38,274 nt of DNA, taken from positions 1-38,274 of IMG/VR virus record IMGVR_UViG_3300020181_000007. One strand, 5' to 3'. The stretch comes from a virus. Taxonomy: Duplodnaviria; Caudoviricetes. The notes beneath the pieces are model-generated. The model was not told where the DNA came from. It did no database searches and saw only the letters and a list, made by a program, of their open reading frames with translations. Positions 8,755 through 16,791 of the stretch are shown here, in pieces (the stretch's first letter is position 1; every line of letters begins with the position of its first letter). The translations under genes and the position numbers were made by a program.

Positions 8755-9125
8755 GCTGAAACCCTTGCTTGGAGCTTCCAGCCGAACGGCGTGAGCCAGC
8801 GGTGAAGGATGTCCTCCACCTCAGCGACAGAGCGGGCCTCGGCCCAGAACGCGCCGGCATCGGTCACCCGGTCTCGGAAGTCTTTCTGGCTGTCGGTAAG
8901 CTTCCCGGTTCCGGCCTTGAGTTCGATGAACCCGGCCCGCCCGGTCGGCAGGACGAAGACGAGGTCAGGCACACCAGCCTTGACCCCCATGCTCTTGAGG
9001 ATCCCCCCAAGCTTAGGACCTCGGTTGCCGCTGGAGTTCGGCACATGCCACCAGAGCAGGCCGGGCGCGGCCTGATTGATGAACCGGGCGACCTGTTGCT
9101 GAAGGGCTTGCTCAGGACGCTTCAC
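8751..9125 (-). CDS. VRR-NUC (PD-(D/E)XK) nuclease/resolvase
   Basis: HVPN..GVKAGVPDL..FIELKAGTGKLTDSQ. Confidence 0.9.
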   Translation of the reverse strand: MKRPEQALQQQVARFINQAAPGLLWWHVPNSSGNRGPKLGGILKSMGVKAGVPDLVFVLPTGRAGFIELKAGTGKLTDSQKDFRDRVTDAGAFWAEARSVAEVEDILHRWLTPFGWKLQARVSA

Positions 9126-9307
9126 GCCATCGCCCTTTCCGCTTCCAGGCGCTCATGCAGAGCCGTGCGGACCTTGACGGCGAGACGGTGCATCTCGCGG
9201 GTGTCGCGGCGGTCCACGGCCTGCTGCAGCGTCTCCACCAGGGCGATATGCTTGCGAGCGGCTTCGTCCGCTCGGCGCTTGGCGGCGCGCTTGCGAAGGT
9301 CAAACAT
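9122..9307 (-). CDS. Hypothetical protein
   Basis: 61 aa, overlapping its neighbours in the operon. Confidence 0.6.
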   Translation of the reverse strand: MFDLRKRAAKRRADEAARKHIALVETLQQAVDRRDTREMHRLAVKVRTALHERLEAERAMA

Positions 9308-9527
9308 CGCCAGCCCCCGCGTACTGCATGGGGTCGCCGCAGATGTCAGAGGCGATCACGACAGCATGCCCCTTCCGGGCGAGCGCCTTGATCGCAGACC
9401 CGTGCACGGGCTCGTTCGTGTCGGCGGTCACCCATCGGAAGTTCGTGCCGCCGCCCAGTTCTGCGAGGCGCGCGACGGTGCGGCCCTCGGAGAGGATTAC
9501 GGCCAATTGGGATGACGACCGGATCAT
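9300..9527 (-). CDS. Hypothetical protein
   Basis: MIRSSSQLAV... 75 aa; ATGA-coupled start at 9527. Confidence 0.55.
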   Translation of the reverse strand: MIRSSSQLAVILSEGRTVARLAELGGGTNFRWVTADTNEPVHGSAIKALARKGHAVVIASDICGDPMQYAGAGDV

Positions 9528-9691
9528 TGAGCAGCCCTCACGGCTTGCCCGTCTCGGATCACCACCTGCGCGCCCTCGGGGATCGGTGACGGTGACACCG
9601 CCGATACGCCCTTCAGGGTGACGATCATGTACCCGCCGTCTTGGCGCGCTACGCAGCGCGCGACGACCTGGGTTAACGTGTGCATCCTCAT
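9524..9691 (-). CDS. Small hypothetical protein
   Basis: MRMHTLTQVVARCVARQDGGYMIVTLKG...; stop coupled to the next gene. Confidence 0.45.
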   Translation of the reverse strand: MRMHTLTQVVARCVARQDGGYMIVTLKGVSAVSPSPIPEGAQVVIRDGQAVRAAQ

Positions 9692-9738
9692 CTGGAGACC
9701 TCTCGGCCAGGGCCACGAGCCCTGACCCGGATTAGGGT

Positions 9739-10149
9739 TCAGAGTTCATGGTCCTGGCCGGGAGCGTTCAGACCCTCGGCGGGCCGGTTTTTAGCTTCCA
9801 GCGGAGCAAAAGAGCGCGCAGCTTGAGGGCGAGACCTCTTAGCCTCGCGCGCCAGAGCCCGCTTCTCGGCGAGCTTCGCTTCAAGTTCGGCCACCTCCCT
9901 TTCTGCTTCGTCAGCCCACTCTTCTGGATGGAAGACGAAGTCTGTGATCTCTCGGCCAAATGCCGTGGCGAGCTTGCGCCAGTGCTTGGCCTGCGGCCAG
10001 TGCCGGCCAGCCCGGAAGCCTTCCGCAGTGCGCGGATCGCAGCCGGCCAGCCTAGCGACTTCCTTCGCGCTCGCAGTTCTGCGGCGCAGGTACGCCCCCA
10101 GCATTTCGCTGAGATCGTGCTCAGTGTTTTGCATCGCCCAATCCGTCAT
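9739..10149 (-). CDS. CII-like HTH transcriptional regulator
   Basis: SAKEVARLAGCDPRTAEGFRAG..PQ HTH with a coiled-coil tail; GAGG RBS; downstream of cro. Confidence 0.7.
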   Translation of the reverse strand: MTDWAMQNTEHDLSEMLGAYLRRRTASAKEVARLAGCDPRTAEGFRAGRHWPQAKHWRKLATAFGREITDFVFHPEEWADEAEREVAELEAKLAEKRALAREAKRSRPQAARSFAPLEAKNRPAEGLNAPGQDHEL

Positions 10150-10181
10150 GAGTTCACCTCAGACGGACGGGAGACACATTC

Positions 10182-10379
10182 ATGGAGGCCGCAGCGATCT
10201 ACGACCGAGACGGATTGGAAGCTGGAGCGCGATGCCTGGAAGCGGCGCTGACCAGCGTAGGAGACACCCGCAAGGCGCTTCTCAGGGCGACGCTGCGGTA
10301 TCTGACAAAGGGCGGGGAGGGACTGCGGGGCTCGTTTGCGCCCTCCCCCACTCGCGAGCGTGACACGGACCGCGAGTGA
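10182..10379 (+). CDS. Small hypothetical protein on the strand opposite the lytic operon
   Basis: GGGAG RBS; 65 aa. Confidence 0.45.
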   Translation: MEAAAIYDRDGLEAGARCLEAALTSVGDTRKALLRATLRYLTKGGEGLRGSFAPSPTRERDTDRE

Positions 10380-10562
10380 TCCGCAGGACCGGGGGGCGAG
10401 TGGTCCGGCAGATGGGAATGTTGAGGGGCCGCCCGGCATTGCTAGGCGGCCTTCGTGTTTTGGGTGAACGGCCGATGCGGCAATTCCACACGAATGTAAA
10501 TCTTGCGTTGGGTACGGTTCCGGTGGTTCACTCCGCTCAGAGGGCGAGTAAAACCAGGGGCT

Positions 10563-10865
10563 GTGTTTTTGCCGGAAGAACAACGGACTACCGTCGAAAA
10601 GGAACCTCCCGACCCGCTGCCAGCAGCGTCGCCGGAGTTCGTGTTCATGCGGGTCGCCGTCATGGCGTACCTGAAGGCCGAGAGTCCCAAGACCGGACGC
10701 AGGTTCGTCGCGGAAATGGCGCGCATCTTCGCAAGCGAAGCCGAGCTGGAGAACGTCCTGCCGATCAGCGTGCGGGATCCAGCGGCGGCCCGAAAGGCGC
10801 GGCGACAGGCGCTCGCCATGTTCCGGGCGTACCTTCCACTGTTCACCGCTGGGCTGAAGGACTGA
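10563..10865 (+). CDS. Hypothetical protein convergent with cro
   Basis: AGGGG RBS, GTG start, 100 aa with coding-like codon usage; stops 4 nt from the cro stop. Confidence 0.55.
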   Translation: MFLPEEQRTTVEKEPPDPLPAASPEFVFMRVAVMAYLKAESPKTGRRFVAEMARIFASEAELENVLPISVRDPAAARKARRQALAMFRAYLPLFTAGLKD

Positions 10866-10869
10866 CGCA

Positions 10870-11103
10870 TCAGGCGGCGGTCCGCTCCAGCCGACGCAGT
10901 TCCGCCAGCTGGGCCAGACGGGCTTCGGTGATATCGCGAAAGCCCCGCTCGTGAGCGGCGCGCGCCGTCGCGGCGAACCACTCGGCCGCCAGGGAGTCCC
11001 GGCGCTTGGCCTGCTTGGCCGCGCCAGCGCTCATGCCGACAGCCCGCCCGAAATCAGCCGGGCCGCCGAACTTCTCGATCACTTCGGAGATGGAGTTGAC
11101 CAT
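10870..11103 (-). CDS. cro: Cro-like repressor
   Basis: SISEVIEKFGGPADFGRAVG..AKQAKRRDSLAAEW; divergent from cI. Confidence 0.8.
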   Translation of the reverse strand: MVNSISEVIEKFGGPADFGRAVGMSAGAAKQAKRRDSLAAEWFAATARAAHERGFRDITEARLAQLAELRRLERTAA

Positions 11104-11178
11104 GGCTCTATTTGGTACACCGCGTACCCAAACAGGTCAACACCAATCGTACCCAGATCGCGGGTACAGTCCGCGGCC
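11104..11178. promoter_or_regulatory. OR: PR, PRM and operators
   Basis: PR on the minus strand is TTGACC-N17-TACCAA, 8 nt before the cro ATG. Operators GGGTACGCGGTGTACC and GGGTACGATTGGTGTT. TACAGT lies 8 nt before the cI ATG. Confidence 0.8.
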
Positions 11179-11499
11179 ATGGGTAAGCAGGCGACAGAAC
11201 CGCCCGATCTGAACACCATCGGCGGCCGGCTGAGGTGGGCGCGGGAGCTTCGCCAGTTCCCGTCCAGCCGATCCGCCGCCCAGGCGTTCGGTTGGAACGA
11301 AAACACCTACAAGGCCCATGAGCAGGGCGAGCGCGGGAAAGAGGGGCTGAAGACGAAGTACGTCGAAGCCTACACGCGCGCGTTCAAGATCAACGCCGAG
11401 TGGCTGATGACCGGGAAAGGCCCGGCGATCAAAGGCGACGAGCGGCCCGAAGACCTGGCGGCGGAGTTCGCCGCCTTCCTTAAGCAGCGGAGAGGCTAG
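11179..11499 (+). CDS. cI: CI-like XRE-HTH repressor (106 aa, no S24 peptidase domain)
   Basis: TIGGRLRWAR..AAQAFGWNENTYKAHEQGER..INAEWLMTGKG. Confidence 0.88.
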   Translation: MGKQATEPPDLNTIGGRLRWARELRQFPSSRSAAQAFGWNENTYKAHEQGERGKEGLKTKYVEAYTRAFKINAEWLMTGKGPAIKGDERPEDLAAEFAAFLKQRRG

Positions 11500-11502
11500 G
11501 CT

Positions 11503-11865
11503 ATGCGTGCGCTACTTGTGGTCGCTCTGGCGGCCTTCCCGGTCGTCGCGTACGCCCAGACCACCACTTGCGGTTGGGAGATGGGGAAGTGGGTCTGCCG
11601 CTCAGACCAGCCAAAGCAGCAGCTCGACATCGGGAGCTACCAGTTCAACGACCCGATGCGGGAATACGAGCGCGCACGCCAGCGGTCCTATGACGCTACC
11701 CGGCAGATCTACCAGGACCACGCCGCCAATGAGCGCCATCGGCTCGACACGCTCGAGATGGTGGAGCGCTATATCGGCATTGGTCGGTGCGACGACGCCG
11801 AGCGGCTGGCCTTCACTCTGGGCGAACGTGAGGGTCACGCCGTCCGCGAACGCTGCCCGCGCTGA
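11503..11865 (+). CDS. Exported protein co-transcribed with cI (superinfection exclusion/immunity candidate)
   Basis: Signal peptide MRALLVVALAAFPVVAYA, four Cys, followed by a terminator. Confidence 0.7.
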   Translation: MRALLVVALAAFPVVAYAQTTTCGWEMGKWVCRSDQPKQQLDIGSYQFNDPMREYERARQRSYDATRQIYQDHAANERHRLDTLEMVERYIGIGRCDDAERLAFTLGEREGHAVRERCPR

Positions 11866-11873
11866 GGTTACGA

Positions 11874-11902
11874 GAGGCCCGCTTCCGAGCGGGTTTCTTT
11901 TT
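11874..11902 (+). terminator. Rho-independent terminator of the cI operon
   Basis: GAGGCCCGCT-TCCG-AGCGGGTTTC followed by a T-run. Confidence 0.8.
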
Positions 11903-11910
11903 GCCGCGAT

Positions 11911-11953
11911 TGGGTACGTTTTGTGTTGACCGGTTGGGTACGCAGTGTATCTT
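11911..11953 (+). promoter_or_regulatory. OL/PL promoter-operator
   Basis: TGGGTACGTTTTGTG-TTGACC-N16-TATCTT with a second operator GGGTACGCAGTGTATC; near copy of the PR cassette. Confidence 0.8.
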
Positions 11954-11976
11954 AGCTGCATCAACGGAGCGCACAG

Positions 11977-12183
11977 ATGCAGCACCCCACCACCACCTTG
12001 ATCTCCCCGGCTGACGGCAACGACTTCGCCGCCGAGCTGGAGATGCACCCCGCCCTTGGCCCCTGCCTGACCATCCGCACGGATGACGGCGTGGTCGAAA
12101 TCCGCACCGCTCATGAGCTTCGCGCCCTGCAGTGGGCCGTGACCAAGGCTCTGGGCTTCGCCTTTCAGGCGGAGGCGGCGTGA
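11977..12183 (+). CDS. Hypothetical protein (first PL gene)
   Basis: GGAG RBS; 68 aa. Confidence 0.7.
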   Translation: MQHPTTTLISPADGNDFAAELEMHPALGPCLTIRTDDGVVEIRTAHELRALQWAVTKALGFAFQAEAA

Positions 12184-12641
12184 TGGCCTTCGCTCTGGAC
12201 ACTTCGCGCACGATCCTGACGCCTTGGCCGACGAAGGGCGACCCGGAAGGGAAGTCCACCAGCATGCTGAACCCTTGGCGAGACCTATCCCCTTTCGCCC
12301 AAGGCTACGGCTCGGCGATGGCGAAGGCGCTCTATGACGCCCTCCGCGCCGTCGCCTGGTCTCACGAGGATGCGGAACGCGCCGTCGCCTTCCGCCGCTG
12401 GGCCCCCGAAGCCCTGGAGATGATCCTGCGGGACTGCGAGCGGTTCGAAAGGGGCTGGATTTGGACGCTCGGCGACGATGTGTTCCCAACTACAGAGGAA
12501 AACCGCGACGAGCGACTGAGGGCGGCCGGCAAGTCCTTCTGGGCGCACCGATCAACGTTGTTTTTCGCCCATGCCTTCCCGCCCCTCACCCCCTACCTGG
12601 CCGAAGACGGCAAGGTGCATCTGCGGGAGGGCGGACTATGA
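12183..12641 (+). CDS. Hypothetical protein
   Basis: TGATG coupling; 152 aa. Confidence 0.7.
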   Translation: MAFALDTSRTILTPWPTKGDPEGKSTSMLNPWRDLSPFAQGYGSAMAKALYDALRAVAWSHEDAERAVAFRRWAPEALEMILRDCERFERGWIWTLGDDVFPTTEENRDERLRAAGKSFWAHRSTLFFAHAFPPLTPYLAEDGKVHLREGGL

Positions 12642-12988
12642 GCCGCCGCACCCTCCCCGCCTACGAGGTCGCAGACCGCCTGCAGAAGGCCGCCGAGCTG
12701 ATCAAGCAAGCCGGCCGCATCCTAGACGATGTGGTCGCCGAGGCTCCGAAGCCGCTCGCCTGCCGGATCGAAGCAATCACCGCCCTGCGGTTCGTCGAGA
12801 CGCCCCTTGCGAACCAAGTCCGCGAGCTTGGCGAGGACATCCTTGCTGAGCATGAGGCGGCCATCGCCCAGCATGACGCCGAGTGCGCCGAGCTCGACGG
12901 GCTGACCGGCCGTGAGACCGACGGCTGGTTTAGAACCGCCAGCACTGCGGTCATCGAAGAAACCCTGCAAGCGCGAGTGGTCGGATGA
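12638..12988 (+). CDS. Hypothetical protein
   Basis: ATGA coupling; MSRRTLPAYEVADRL... Confidence 0.68.
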   Translation: MSRRTLPAYEVADRLQKAAELIKQAGRILDDVVAEAPKPLACRIEAITALRFVETPLANQVRELGEDILAEHEAAIAQHDAECAELDGLTGRETDGWFRTASTAVIEETLQARVVG

Positions 12989-13293
12989 CGGACGGTAAGC
13001 ACACGCCGGGGCCTTGGTGCATCGAAGGTAAAGCTGATGGCGGCTTTCTAATCTCGGAAGGCGTTAACAGCTACGGTGACGGCCCTGAGCGGTACGTCGG
13101 CGTCATCAAGGCGGATCGCACCGGCGAACTGCGCGAGGCGGATGTACGGCTGATCGCTGCGGCCCCCGATCTGCTGGAGGCGCTCATCGAGGCGCGCGAG
13201 ATGCTTCGTGAGTACGAGGCGGCAGCGACCGGCGAGCATTTCAACAGCCTGAAAATCAACGCCGCCATCGCCAAAGCCACAGGTGCGGAATGA
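12985..13293 (+). CDS. Conserved phage hypothetical protein
   Basis: KHTPGPW...RLIAAAPDLLEAL...AAIAKATG family signature. Confidence 0.85.
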   Translation: MTDGKHTPGPWCIEGKADGGFLISEGVNSYGDGPERYVGVIKADRTGELREADVRLIAAAPDLLEALIEAREMLREYEAAATGEHFNSLKINAAIAKATGAE

Positions 13294-13382
13294 CCCTCCG
13301 CGACCTTTGCCTCTCCACCCTCACCCTGGCTGGCCTCGCTGGATGCGCGGCCATGGCCCTTCAAACCCTCGTCGGAGGCTGA
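13290..13382 (+). CDS. 30-aa peptide with a lipobox-like motif
   Basis: MTLRDLCLSTLTLAGLAGCAAMALQTLVGG; ATGA-coupled; fills the gap between two genes. Confidence 0.5.
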   Translation: MTLRDLCLSTLTLAGLAGCAAMALQTLVGG

Positions 13383-13386
13383 ACCC

Positions 13387-13575
13387 ATGCGCGAACTCGA
13401 CGAACCCGTTCTGGCGGACGATTACCCGATCTACGCCGGTTACCTCTACGTCGCGGACGGCAAGGTCGTCATGAGCGACTACCACGGCATCACCGCCCAG
13501 CAGTTCAAGGGTCGTCTCGGGGCGACTGAACTCCGCCGCTGCGACATCTTCGGCCGCCGCGAGGGGGCCGACTGA
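13387..13575 (+). CDS. Hypothetical protein
   Basis: GGAGG RBS; 62 aa. Confidence 0.72.
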   Translation: MRELDEPVLADDYPIYAGYLYVADGKVVMSDYHGITAQQFKGRLGATELRRCDIFGRREGAD

Positions 13576-13778
13576 TGCCTGTCGAGTCCCCTCGCGCTGT
13601 CCAGCGCAACACCCGCGGCGGCTTCGATATCCAGCCCGCCCTGTACCTGCCGGAAGAAGACAAGTCCGTCCCGCTGACTGTCGTGGTCGCGGTCGCTGGG
13701 ACCCTCTTCTGCGGCTTCGCCTGGGGCTTTGCGGCGGTGCTGGGTCGCGCCCTGCTCCGCATCGTGGGCTGGGCCTGA
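13575..13778 (+). CDS. Small single-TM membrane protein
   Basis: TGATG coupling; hydrophobic C-terminal half. Confidence 0.65.
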   Translation: MPVESPRAVQRNTRGGFDIQPALYLPEEDKSVPLTVVVAVAGTLFCGFAWGFAAVLGRALLRIVGWA

Positions 13779-13830
13779 TGAACCTGCACACCCACGACTT
13801 CACCCGAGCGATCATCGAGGAGGATCTAGC

Positions 13831-14199
13831 GTGCGACAGCCGTCTAGCCCCGCTCAGCGCTGGGCATGGTGGGAAGCCGCAGTGCGCGGCGACAATCCGC
13901 CCGTCCACGACGGCGAGCCCCACGCCGGGTACTTCGCCGTCCGCAAGTTCCGCTACGGCGACTGGCGGCAAGGCCCCTTCGTCCCGGCCCGCATCTGGTG
14001 GGAGCCCGGCGAAATCGACCCCGAGACCGGCGAACTCATGTCCGACGAGCGCTGCTGCGCCGAGGTGGACGGGCAACCGGTCGACCCCTGGAGAGCATGG
14101 ACATGGCTAGCACGGCGACCGATCAGCGAGCGCGAGTGGCAGTACCTGAGGGCGATGAGCCCGCTGCTGCCAACGACCGTCCCGAAGCGCGCAGCCTGA
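13831..14199 (+). CDS. Trp-rich conserved phage protein
   Basis: GAGGAGG RBS then GTG; PVHDGEPHAGYF..FVPARIW..IDPETGEL. Confidence 0.72.
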   Translation: MRQPSSPAQRWAWWEAAVRGDNPPVHDGEPHAGYFAVRKFRYGDWRQGPFVPARIWWEPGEIDPETGELMSDERCCAEVDGQPVDPWRAWTWLARRPISEREWQYLRAMSPLLPTTVPKRAA

Positions 14200-14837
14200 A
14201 GCAGCGCATGGCTGCGATCCGCGACGAGTGCGCGGGTATCGGCAAGCAAGACATCCAGATGCAGAACCAGGATCGCACGAAGACTTGGACCATCAAGGGG
14301 CACACCTTCGAGGCCGTCTTGTCCGAGATCCGCCCCCTGTTCGCGAAGCACGGCGTGGACATGACGCCGAACCTGATCGAGCGGACCTACAGCGGCAACC
14401 GCTGTGACGTGATCGTGGACTTCATCTTCGAGCGCACCGACGACAGCGACGAGCAGCGCGTCATCCGTTGGGCTGGTGCGGGCACGGACAACGGCGACAA
14501 GGCCTTCGCCAAGGCTGGCACCAACGCGGTCAAGGAGATGCTGAAGAAGCGCTTCCTGGTCACGGACCGTGACGACGCCAAGGAAGAGGAAGAGAAGGTC
14601 GAGCACCAGACTGCGGACGCCATCGCGCAGCGCGCGGCGGCGCAGGCCGACGAGCAACGTCGCCTCACCATCCAGCGCTGGGCGGCGACCTTCAAGGCCG
14701 CCGTCGAGAACGCCCCGAGCGCCGCTGACGTGGACCGCCTGAAGCGCGAAAACCGCGAGCAGTTGGACGAGCTGCCGGAAGTCACCCGCCAGTTCTTCAG
14801 CGAACTCATCGCCGAGCGGAAGGCGGAGCTTTCCTGA
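14097..14837 (+). CDS. erf: ERF-family single-strand annealing protein
   Basis: GGAG RBS; EAVLSEIRPLFAKHGV, GTDNGDKAFAKAGTNAVK..LKKRF. Confidence 0.75.
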   Translation: MDMASTATDQRARVAVPEGDEPAAANDRPEARSLKQRMAAIRDECAGIGKQDIQMQNQDRTKTWTIKGHTFEAVLSEIRPLFAKHGVDMTPNLIERTYSGNRCDVIVDFIFERTDDSDEQRVIRWAGAGTDNGDKAFAKAGTNAVKEMLKKRFLVTDRDDAKEEEEKVEHQTADAIAQRAAAQADEQRRLTIQRWAATFKAAVENAPSAADVDRLKRENREQLDELPEVTRQFFSELIAERKAELS

Positions 14838-14937
14838 TGGAGGACGCCCCGCTCACCCTGGAGGAGGCGCGCGAGTTCTGCCGTGCGGTCCTCCGCTGCT
14901 TTCCCTGGAACCAAGATCACCCTGAAGGAGCCGCCTG

Positions 14938-15369
14938 ATGGACCGGTCTCTCTTCGTCCTTATGACGCCTGCGGATCGCCGCCGGGCCATGGAAGCCGTG
15001 ATGCGACTCACCAAGGGCTGGCGGGTGGAGATCAAGGCTCCCAAGCGCACGCTCGACCAGAACTCCAAGCTCTGGGCGATGCTGACGGAGGTGTCCGAGC
15101 AGGCCGAGTGGGCGGGCAAGCCCCGCACCCCCGCCGAGTGGAAGGACCTGTTCACCGGAGCGGTTCGCATCGCGGAGGGGCTTGAAGCCGTCCCCGGCCT
15201 GGAAGGCGGCTTGATGATCCTTGGCCTGCACACCTCGGACATGAGCGTCACCGAGATGGCGAACCTCATCGACTACATCGAAGCCTGGGGCGCTGCCCAC
15301 GGCGTGCAGTTTTCTGACGGCCACAAGGGCGGCGCGGGGGCCAACAACCCTCGCGCCGAGGCCGCCTGA
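14938..15369 (+). CDS. ninB: NinB/Orf recombination mediator
   Basis: RTLDQNSKLWAMLTEVSEQ, WKDLF, VPGLEGG..LGLHTSDMSV.EMANLIDYIEAWGA. Confidence 0.9.
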   Translation: MDRSLFVLMTPADRRRAMEAVMRLTKGWRVEIKAPKRTLDQNSKLWAMLTEVSEQAEWAGKPRTPAEWKDLFTGAVRIAEGLEAVPGLEGGLMILGLHTSDMSVTEMANLIDYIEAWGAAHGVQFSDGHKGGAGANNPRAEAA

Positions 15370-15794
15370 TGCGCGCCCCCATCGCTGAAAAGCTGGCCGA
15401 ACTCCGCAAGGAGATCCAGCGCATCCAAGCCACGCCCCGCAAGGGCTTCACACCCAAGCAGCGCGAGGCGGTGTTCCGGGCCTACGACGGCCTGTGCGCC
15501 GGCTGCGACGAGCCGCTGAAGGCTGGCTGGCAGATCGACCACATCAAGGAGCTGGCGGACGGCGGGGCCCACGAGCCCGCCAACTGGCAACCTCTGTGCG
15601 GCCAGAACCAGAACGGCTGCCACGTCGGCAAGACGTCCAGCTTCCGCACCCGCAAAGCCAAGGCCGAGCGGATCGTGAAGCGCGAGGAGCGGGGCCAGGA
15701 GCCCTCGCGCCTGCGCAGCCGCCCCTTCCAGCAAAGAACCCAACCGTACCGCTGGCCCAAGCAATCCCTCGGCCGCCGGAAGGAGAGAGCATGA
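15369..15794 (+). CDS. HNH endonuclease
   Basis: CAGC..IDHIKELADGG..NWQPLC..CH..KT. Confidence 0.88.
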   Translation: MRAPIAEKLAELRKEIQRIQATPRKGFTPKQREAVFRAYDGLCAGCDEPLKAGWQIDHIKELADGGAHEPANWQPLCGQNQNGCHVGKTSSFRTRKAKAERIVKREERGQEPSRLRSRPFQQRTQPYRWPKQSLGRRKERA

Positions 15795-16114
15795 GCCCGA
15801 TCAGCAAGCAAACTGCCATGGATATCGCCCTCGCCTATCGGGAGGTTGAGACGGCCGAGAAGCTTCTGGAGGACGTTCGCGCCGCCATGAGCCACGGGCA
15901 CGGCGCGAAAGACATTCGAGACGCCTTCGGCCGGACTCAGCACGGGCTCCAGCTTGGCGTTCCGAACGGCGACAACAGCCATCGCCTCTTTGGTGTGCCG
16001 TACTCGCTCGCGGTCCCGATCATCGAGACGCATATCGTTCAGCAACGGGCGGTGATCGCGGCGCTGACCGAGAAGGCCAAGGCGGAGATCGCAGGGGCGG
16101 GAGAAGCCGCATGA
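15791..16114 (+). CDS. Hypothetical protein
   Basis: AGGAG RBS; ATGA coupling; 107 aa. Confidence 0.72.
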   Translation: MSPISKQTAMDIALAYREVETAEKLLEDVRAAMSHGHGAKDIRDAFGRTQHGLQLGVPNGDNSHRLFGVPYSLAVPIIETHIVQQRAVIAALTEKAKAEIAGAGEAA

Positions 16115-16791
16115 CCACCCCCTCTCAACCCCCTGCCGGGCCGTACAGCGCACGCTACGGCGCTATCCATCACACGAGCAGCGTCGGGTTTCTCTTCACG
16201 GTGAGCCCTCCAAAGCACGCCGAGACCGTGGCTAGGGCGCTGAACAAGGCAGAAGCGCCTACCTCCCTCGACCCGGCAGGGAAGCAGGAGCGGGAGGACG
16301 TGGCGGCCTATAACGAGCGCTTCGATGCCGCCGACGCCGCTGGACGCGAGGTGTTCGAGGACGCGCTGTTCATCGGCTACATGCACGCCAAGCACGGCGA
16401 CGGCGGGTGGCCGGACGATCTAGACGAAGCTCGGGACGAGTTCGAGGCGGACTTCGAGAGCGTGGCACGCCAGGAAGCCTGGGACGCGCACCGGGACGCC
16501 TTCTTCAAGCACCTACCGCTTGCCGCCCTCTCCCCCGCCCCCGCCGAAGGGCGGGAGGGACTGCAAGCGCGGGTGAAGGAGTTGGAGGCGGAGAACGCCA
16601 AGGCCAGGGAGGCGCTGGACGCCCTGCTTCCCCCAATCCTTTGCGGCGAAAGCTGGGACCTGCCGGACGCGGAAACCGTCGAGATAACCACCACCTTTGG
16701 TGCGCTGAAAGCCGCCCGAGAAGTCCGCGCCCTTCTCCAGCAGGGAGACGAGAGCAAGGGTCCGAAGACCGGGGAAGGAACCGCGCAATGA
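16111..16791 (+). CDS. Hypothetical mosaic protein
   Basis: 226 aa; coupled at both ends. Confidence 0.68.
   Translation: MTTPSQPPAGPYSARYGAIHHTSSVGFLFTVSPPKHAETVARALNKAEAPTSLDPAGKQEREDVAAYNERFDAADAAGREVFEDALFIGYMHAKHGDGGWPDDLDEARDEFEADFESVARQEAWDAHRDAFFKHLPLAALSPAPAEGREGLQARVKELEAENAKAREALDALLPPILCGESWDLPDAETVEITTTFGALKAAREVRALLQQGDESKGPKTGEGTAQ

Noticed and set aside
14837-14938. 33-aa ORF between erf and ninB, possibly a frameshifted remnant (AVL/AAFPGTKI)
   Set aside because: Too short to support a call or a pseudogene claim without homologues
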